A program made the position numbers and the translations under genes. Positions 49,313 through 64,000 of a stretch of 64,000 nucleotides of DNA are shown here, piece after piece. This DNA comes from Amoebidium appalachense (lineage: Eukaryota; Protista; Ichthyosporea). Every line of letters starts with the position of its first letter. Positions within the stretch are counted from its first letter, which is position 1. The stretch covers positions 4,666,907 through 4,730,906 of the forward strand of contig CAVNZM010000001.1 of NCBI GenBank assembly GCA_963693365.1. Reading direction: 5' to 3'. A model generated the notes under the pieces. The model saw only the letters and a program-made list of their open reading frames with translations, ran no database searches and had not been told where the DNA came from.

Positions 49313-50400
49313 ATTTTTTTATTTTTTATTTTTTTTCACGTTTTGTTCCCGGAGAGCCTTTGCAGGCCCTCTAGACTAGGGAAACGACCGTCTACCACGC
49401 AGCACCGACAGTACACTAGTTAAGGTGCTATCTATGAGTTCAGCTAAGCTATACCATCCTTCACAACCTAACTATAAGTACATACTTTGCCCAGGGCAAC
49501 TACCCCAGCCACGCCGGCAGGAGGCTCCAGTCCTCCCCTCCACTCAAAACCTAATAAGTAAACGTTAACTGAGGGCTCTCATTGGTCGATCTACAGTAGT
49601 GGGAAATCCTAAGTCTTGTGTATAGTAACGGTGGGTATGGGTGGATGATGGGGTGTGGTGGTGGTGGTGGTGGGGTGTTGCTACCTAACATTATGTGTTG
49701 TTGTTCGTATGTTGTGGCACTTTTTTTTGTCAACTAGAAGGTGGGTTTTGCAGGGCACACCGGGTCTGTGTGTGTTCCGGCAGTCAGGGCAGGCTGGCCG
49801 GGTGTGTGTGGGGGGTGTATTTGTGTGTGTCTTGGGTTTTTTTGGTGCCGTGCCTTTCATTCTACGGGGGGTGGTTGTATGGTGGTGTTTTTGCATCTTG
49901 GGGTGGGTGGGGAGGAGTGTGGTGTTCGGTGGGTGCCAAATTTTGGAAAAGAAAAAAGACTGCCGCTTCTACTGTGATTTTTCCTAAGATCTGGCCCGGG
50001 TGGTGGTCTTGGTGGTGCCGGTGGCTGCTAGTAGTGGGCCCACCGATCGTGGGCAGAACCCTCGTTCAACCCACTTGATGTCCTCGGTGTCTGGTGGGTC
50101 TCCGTTGCGTCCTATCCAGTTTATCCATGCACATTGGTCTACGAGACTACCGAGATCACCCCACCGTCGTTACACAGCCCACATGCCCCCGGTGCAGCCA
50201 GCACCCAGAGACCACCACCCACCTCTGGGCCTGCCCGCCCCACGCCGGGGAAGTCCCGGCCCTGACCACGGCCATCACAGCCTGCATCCATAACGTCCTG
50301 CACACTCGTCACCCAAATACCCCCACGGCACAGCATCAACACACGGCAGCCACGATGGAAAATCGCGAAGGTCCGTCAACTTCCCACATTACACCCCTTG
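49313..50400 (-). mobile_element. Degenerate LINE 3' end (49313-50095, minus) with an adjoining inverted zinc-finger segment (about 50100-50400, plus)
   Basis: A-rich tail at 49313-49336; 3'UTR shared with 3561-3790; minus frames give KWVERGFCP and CPDCRNTHRPGVPC; plus frame gives CPRCSQHPETTTHLWAC, a typical LINE ORF2 CCHC finger. Confidence 0.65.
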
Positions 50401-52492
50401 GCCTCCTCGCCCATCCCCCTCTCCCTCTCCCCCCTCCCCCTCCCCACCCCCTCGACCCCCCCCCCCCCCCCCCCCCCCTTCCTCCTGTGCCGCACCTTTC
50501 CTCCCCCTCCCATTCTCCCTGTGACACTCCGACCCCCCTGCCCTCCCCCTCCGCCCCGGATCCTCCTCCCGCCCCTCCCCCCTAGTAGGCCTTCCGCCCC
50601 TCCCCTCCCCACCCCAGCTCCCTCGAGCCCCTTCTATTTCACTCCTTTCGACACTGCCCACAAGTACTATACGGCACTCCTACCAAACTCAAGCCACCCG
50701 CGAGGCCTCCCATCATTACTTCACCAGCGTGCACAAGCCTGGGATGCGACTGTTGCGAGGCATGAGTGCGAGGCGGCAGAATCGATCACAGTCCCGGGAA
50801 TCAACAGCACCCTCTTTATATACCTGCTGCAGTGAGCCACCTACTGACCATTGGATAGGCAATATCCAATCAACAGTCAGTAATTATTCAACCAATCATA
50901 TTTCATAGACTAATATCTTCAATGGTTTATGATCATGTTAGCTATCGACCGGTTTGAATCTGACCAACCAGAATGTCCTTCTTGAATCTCCTCACGACCA
51001 ATCAGATGAGCAGCAGTTAGAATAGCCAATCGCCGGACCAGACACCCACAGGGATCCGTGGTCACTTTGAGGATGACAACAATGGTTATTAACTTACATT
51101 TTCCAAGTTAGTTAAGGGGAAATTGTGTTTTTTCATATTATTATATTTGCATTTCCAAGAAGAAGTGAATTTATACATTTTTACTCTCCCGAGTACCGAC
51201 TGCCGTCACTTCCCGCGCCGGTTATTTGATTCCCATGCTTTTAGATCCCATTATCAGTTGCCTGGCAGATCGATTGGTGGATCTGTTTGCTGTGAAGTTT
51301 AAGTGCACGAATCAGAATATTGCTAGACCTACATAGCCCATTCCATTGTCACACATGCAGCGGCACAAGATAGGCAGCTGTTCTTCATCTCCACCCGGAT
51401 CTGCAACTTCCAAGTTCCGTATGCATGGTTTGGGAGCACACTGTCCACACGCCCTCCATGGCCAACCCATGCTATTACACCTTATGTCATTTGATCTTGA
51501 CGTGAGGTCCGCTAGGGTTATAAGCGCAAATATTGGCATGAAAAAGTGTTGTCTGAACGCCCGTTTGTGCATGTTCATGTGCGAGAATGCGTGCAGTCAC
51601 GTCATATGATGGCCTGAACATCGAAGAATGTCTGTTACGACTCGCGTACATGTGCAAGGTGTTGCTGCTGTACACTGCCAGTGCTGGCAGCACGGTAACG
51701 ACAAGTGTCCGTTGAGTTTCGTTTCACGATCTGAACTGTTTGAACATGTCGGTCAGTATGCTGCCTGATGCCGGCTCCTGTTGATTGCTTCTGAGCACAT
51801 CACTTTAGATTATCGAGCTCTTCATATATCAGTGTGCTGAAGACACCGTGACACCGCATCATGTTCTTCCGTAGTTACACACGGCGGTGCATGCCTGGGT
51901 CATGGCCGGCCGTCAACGGAATGTTTGGCGGCCGGCACGGTGGCCAATATCTGAGGCATCGATATGTGCACAGATACCAGAGCAACCACTCGTTTTCCTG
52001 TGTACGGGTAGAGACAGTATCGTGATAGAGATAGCCCTTTGTGCTACTGTACAACAGATTTGTCTCTTGCTTCCTGCTCACCTGGAGGTGTTGATCTATT
52101 TTGCCTTTATCCCGATCGATAGCAGGCCAACCATAGCCAGATGGTACCAAAGCACCAGCTCTGAATCATCGAGGTGTCGCAATTTGATTGGTGTGTCAAT
52201 ATCTACCCCATTTTGCTTCCCATTCGCTCATCATGCCTCGCAAGTATCCATTGGCTCTAGGTCACGGATTTAGAATTTACGTAACCAACCAAGTCAGTCA
52301 CTCGCCGGTACTTCCCAGATCTAGATCTGCGAGACCCAATCTATATGAAGTCGTTTCAGCCTAAAGAGAGGGCAGTCAAGCTCAGATGCCGCTTGTGCTG
52401 AGGCGACATTAATCGAGTCGTTTGCTTCATGATCCATGTTATCTCGCGTAATAGTTTGAGCGTGAACAGTAGTAAACACGCATTCAAAGAAA

Positions 52493-53635
52493 ATGGAAGT
52501 TTACCTTCCCTACCCATGTGCACAGGAGCCCGTTACCTCTTGCTACGCTAATGTCAACATCACAGCACCAAGAAAGCAGTCGGTTGACTATGTATACGGC
52601 AGCATTCAAACACCATTTGGATCGTTGGGCGAAGTAGTGGTTGGGCAGAAGGGTAGGAGTCTGCGCGATTATGTGCGCATGGTACTAGAGAACGGCAGGG
52701 TGTCTCATGTTGAGTATCTGTTGGCAATAGTCTACATGAACAGACTAGCGTCGGCCCTGGAGCGTTCACAGGGGCTTGACACAAGCAAGTTCTCATTCGA
52801 GGTGCCCAGCGATTTGGATCTGCAAACCATTTTTCTTGCCTGTGTCATGCTGGCAACAAAGTACGCAAAAGACACGGACAGGTGCTACAGCAACCGTGTG
52901 TGGGCAAAATTCGGCGAAACGACGCTCCAGAGGCTCAACAGTGCAGAGAGACTGATCCTCGTGACCATCGACTACCGTTTGCACTTGACTGAGCAGCAGT
53001 GGGAGGTGTGGACGGACCTCTACACAGGGAAGCGCCTCCGTCATTCAACAACCAACACCACCGGAACAACCGACACACACGGCAACATCAGTGCACCCCA
53101 GAAGCTTGTTCTCGTCGTGTTTCTCCGCCTTGTCAAGTCCGCTACACGGAAACCAAGCACCTACAGTACTGTGCAACAACCAAGCTCCCCCACGGTGTTC
53201 ACCAGCCAGCCAGCTGTCAGTGGATGGCCCACACCCACCAGTATCACCCGCGGGTCACCGGAATATTCGGGGTTTAGCTCCCCCTCCGGGCCGCAAACCT
53301 TCACCATGGTACCCACCCCGTCGGAAATTCCACAGGGAGCGTGGCCCCTGAATACGCAAGTGCAAAACACTTGCTTTGTCCCCACACCTCCCTCGATGAG
53401 CGTGAGTGGTGGATTGAAACGTGGATATGACGCAGCATTTACATATACATATGTTTCCGACCAGGAATACCGCGCAGGTTTTGTGAATATCGTCGGGCCA
53501 ATTCGCCAGCACGACATGAATTCTAAGCGGGTTAAACTGGAATACGAACAGATGAGAGAGAATAACAACCACGGCACCGTAGCGAGCTTTTTGATTGGTG
53601 CGTGGGAGGGTACAGGCATGGCTCGACGAATGTAA
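52493..53635 (+). CDS. Pho80/Pcl-type cyclin, intronless, 380 aa
   Basis: Cyclin box LLAIVYMNRL...IFLACVMLATKYAKD...YSNRVWAKF...LQRLNSAERLILVTIDYRL followed by a Ser/Thr/Pro-rich tail. Confidence 0.88.
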   Translation: MEVYLPYPCAQEPVTSCYANVNITAPRKQSVDYVYGSIQTPFGSLGEVVVGQKGRSLRDYVRMVLENGRVSHVEYLLAIVYMNRLASALERSQGLDTSKFSFEVPSDLDLQTIFLACVMLATKYAKDTDRCYSNRVWAKFGETTLQRLNSAERLILVTIDYRLHLTEQQWEVWTDLYTGKRLRHSTTNTTGTTDTHGNISAPQKLVLVVFLRLVKSATRKPSTYSTVQQPSSPTVFTSQPAVSGWPTPTSITRGSPEYSGFSSPSGPQTFTMVPTPSEIPQGAWPLNTQVQNTCFVPTPPSMSVSGGLKRGYDAAFTYTYVSDQEYRAGFVNIVGPIRQHDMNSKRVKLEYEQMRENNNHGTVASFLIGAWEGTGMARRM

Positions 53636-54469
53636 ATATCAAGTCAGGACCCATACTCTTTTGATGAATCGTCCATAGCACGAAATCTGTTTTTTTATTT
53701 TTTATTTTAAAAAAAAGGTGGGTCCTTTTTTACGGCTTTTGGCTTTGCAGTATATGTGCGGTTCACGATTTTCTCAGCTTTGCCGTTTCTTTTTATGTTT
53801 TAAAACGGCATGCTGTATACATAGGTTTTCCCAGGTCGTGCATCAGTCTGCAGAAAATAGCAGATATTGGTTTGAAGTTGTGTAATTGTGAATATTGCAA
53901 ACTGTACAGTTTACTGAATGTTTGTATTCAATTGCACCGATGTGCTGATGTTGCTGAAAATTTGAACACTGCATCTATTTTTGTGAATATCTCGTGTATG
54001 CACCTAATGCCACTTGTAAAAAATAAGTGTTCGTCACATGATGTACGTATAACATGAAAATTTTGCATTTTTTTTAAGTTCGTATAGAAAATGATGATGA
54101 TGCCGCTGTTAAGTTTGATATCCATGAATCACCAAATAAACCCTGCCAAATCATAAGAAGTATGCAACACCAACCAAAGCAAGCGCTCAATGGATTAGCC
54201 TCTAACTGCTCCTTTGATCCTTAAACCCCTCCCCTCCCCCCCCCCCCCCTCCTCCCCCCCCCTCCCCCCTCCCCCCCCTCCCCCCTCCCCCCCCCCCCCC
54301 CCCCCTCCCCCCGCGCGATCTCACAACTTTGCCATCAGTTATCCCCGCGCATGCACACCTACACATCGCCACAAAAACAAATGCTGGTTTCAACGCATGG
54401 TTCACACCATAAGTGTGTTGATCCCCCCACTAGTAAGCGAAAAAACTCGGCTAGTACTGTCTAAGGAAC

Positions 54470-54600
54470 GGTAGCGGTGTGTTAGCTTGGCTGATTGCAC
54501 CACTTAGCCTAATTAGAGTGACTAATATAGCACCCTGGGGCGGTAGTTCCTATGCGGGAACCCAATGAGTTTTAACCGGTGAAAAACGAAAAAAATAAAG
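54470..54600 (+). mobile_element. Diverged LINE 3' end (same family type as 3561 and 49313)
   Basis: GTGTGTTAGCTTGGCTGA...TAGCACCCT...CGGTAGTTCC...CCGG...AAAAACGAAAAAAATAAA matches the reverse complement of 3561-3695. Confidence 0.55.
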
Positions 54601-54649
54601 TTCCATGATTGATTCATGGGCCCTTTGCCCCTTCTGGAAATTCAACACT

Positions 54650-54733
54650 GGTGACTATCTATTTGTGTGTATCTTGAGTTGTGTTTCGAGACTGCGAGTG
54701 AATAGACCGAAACTCGGAAACTGTAAACGAGTC
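54650..54733 (+). mobile_element. Diverged fragment of the family A structured core
   Basis: GAGTTGTGTTTCG...CGAGTGAATAGACCGAAACTCGGAAACTGT versus family A GAGTTGGGTTTCG...CGAGG(G/T)GAATAGGTCGAAACTCGGGTACTGT; followed by a C-run. Confidence 0.55.
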
Positions 54734-54736
54734 CCC

Positions 54737-54787
<51 letters not shown>

Positions 54788-54902
54788 TCCCCCCACCCAT
54801 CCCCCCTCCCCCCGCGGGCAACCGGCATGTTGGGGTGTGGCATACTGTGTACATATTTGTCCTTTTACGCTACCTTTATAACTTACCTGTTGTGGAGTTC
54901 AC

Positions 54903-54942
<40 letters not shown>

Positions 54943-55696
54943 TTATGTATGTGTTTTCGTATGTGTGTGTGTGTTTGTGTGTGTCTGTGTGTTTATGACC
55001 GTGTGTCCGTCTATTGCCCGTGTAGTTGTGCAGGCGCGCGCGTGGGCGCAGGCGTGTAGCTAGCGTGCGCTAGTGTGTGCTTGAACATGCCCGCACGCTG
55101 GGGGGCGGGGCGGCGGCAGGGGGGGGGGGGGGGGGGGGGGATGGGGAAGATCATTCGGACATACAGTGATTGCACAGGTCTATGTACGTCCCTAAAGAAA
55201 CAGCGTCCATATCAATGTACGAGTCTCTGTTGTTGCAAAGTGTGTTTGGGCTTCACACGCTCCTTAATCTTTCATAGTTGGGAAGGTCTGTTGCGGTTCT
55301 ATTTCTCATCCAACCTATTAACTAGTTAGTTAGTTAATTAGTTACATGTCCTGCTGCTATTAGGAGCACAAAGACACTACCAATGAATCACGCATGACCA
55401 GATAATGCAAATCTCACCCGGGCCCAGATGTGTGCTATTTCACTTTCGGACGTACATGTCTTAGCCAAACATACCAACGAAGGCCTGACCTATGATACTG
55501 ATACACACATTCAGTCAATTTGTGTGCGCGCGCACACACATACATACCTACATCCCCCCCCCCACCCCTCTTCCCTACCGTGATGCCTACCTACACACAC
55601 ACGTGCATGCGCACACCCACACCCAGCCACTTAAGGATGTACACAAAACCATGCAAATCAATTGCAAACCATACTGTACGCAAGCACACAATATTA

Positions 55697-55730
<34 letters not shown>

Positions 55731-56166
55731 ATACACACACACACACACACTCTCTCACACACACCCCCACTCACACCCATGTGCAAGCAACCTTTCACAA
55801 ACCGTATGCCACTCCACACCATTCCTTGACTCAATCTGACTGTATTTGTCCTTTTGTATTTAACACGAACACGATCAATGGTCGTATGTACACGGAAGAG
55901 TCATATACCTTGTCCTATTAAAATTCGCGTATTCGCTTCCATGTAGGCACGGTATTGAACAGTAGTTTTTACAAGGTGAACTTTGATTGTTTCCATAGTG
56001 CAGTGTATCCTTCATACCAAACAGCCATCTAGACCACCATACACCTGAATCGAACTAGCAGCCGAATCAGGAAAATCCCCCCCCCCCCCCCCCCCCCCCC
56101 CCCGGGGCGGAAATTCCAGCGATTACAAGAGAAAAGCGAGAAGCGGGAAGAAATGAGAGAGCAGGG

Positions 56167-56203
<37 letters not shown>

Positions 56204-56283
56204 ACCGAGTAGTGAAATTGGTAAAACAATCACTAAAACACCGGCTGCCATGTAAAATCAATCAGGCACTTAAAGAAGCACCA

Positions 56284-63848
<7,565 letters not shown>

Positions 63849-64000
63849 GTTGAGGTTGGAAGGGGTATCTAGCTGCACTGGAGTGGATCTTTAGATCAGT
63901 GGCAGGTTTTCAACAAAAGACTGCGACCCCAAACCTTGTTGGTATGTATATGCCAGCCTGTAAGCCAACGAATGTATGCCTTGCTTTTAAAGTGCTCGGC

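Noticed and set aside
51300-52200. Decayed minus-strand gene upstream of the cyclin
   Set aside because: Several short frames look protein-like, but I could recognise no domain or consistent splice model.

Overview
Eukaryotic, intron-rich genomic DNA, not prokaryotic. The gene content (EF1-gamma, Mlx/Mondo-type bHLH-ZIP, MALSU1, BET1, Pho80/Pcl cyclin) fits a unicellular opisthokont, possibly an ichthyosporean-like holozoan, but the organism cannot be fixed from this window. Introns are packed with poly(C)/poly(G) runs and (CA)n/(GA)n microsatellites, which generate most of the supplied ORFs as artefacts. Genes assembled by hand from GT-AG junctions: a divergent pair of paralogous EGF-containing secreted-type protein genes (the + copy is a pseudogene ending in a furin site and GPI signal), EEF1G, a bHLH-ZIP factor, MALSU1/RsfS, an exostosin/GT47-like glycosyltransferase, an intronless cyclin and BET1. 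A cryptic micro-exon gene is also possible. Mobile DNA: a 1439-bp P-element derivative (36-bp TIRs, 8-bp TSD, THAP ORF), several LINE fragments, and a Penelope-like RT with no C-terminal endonuclease. The most interesting signal is a set of non-coding retroelement ends (families A-E) that sit between C-runs. Families A and B share a roughly 170-nt RNA fold with compensatory changes that I cannot match to a hammerhead or other known ribozyme. One family forms a 449-bp head-to-tail repeat. Together these suggest a poly(C)-targeting Penelope (Naiad/Chlamys-like) system with an undescribed structured RNA. All structures and splice models were read by eye and need computational confirmation.
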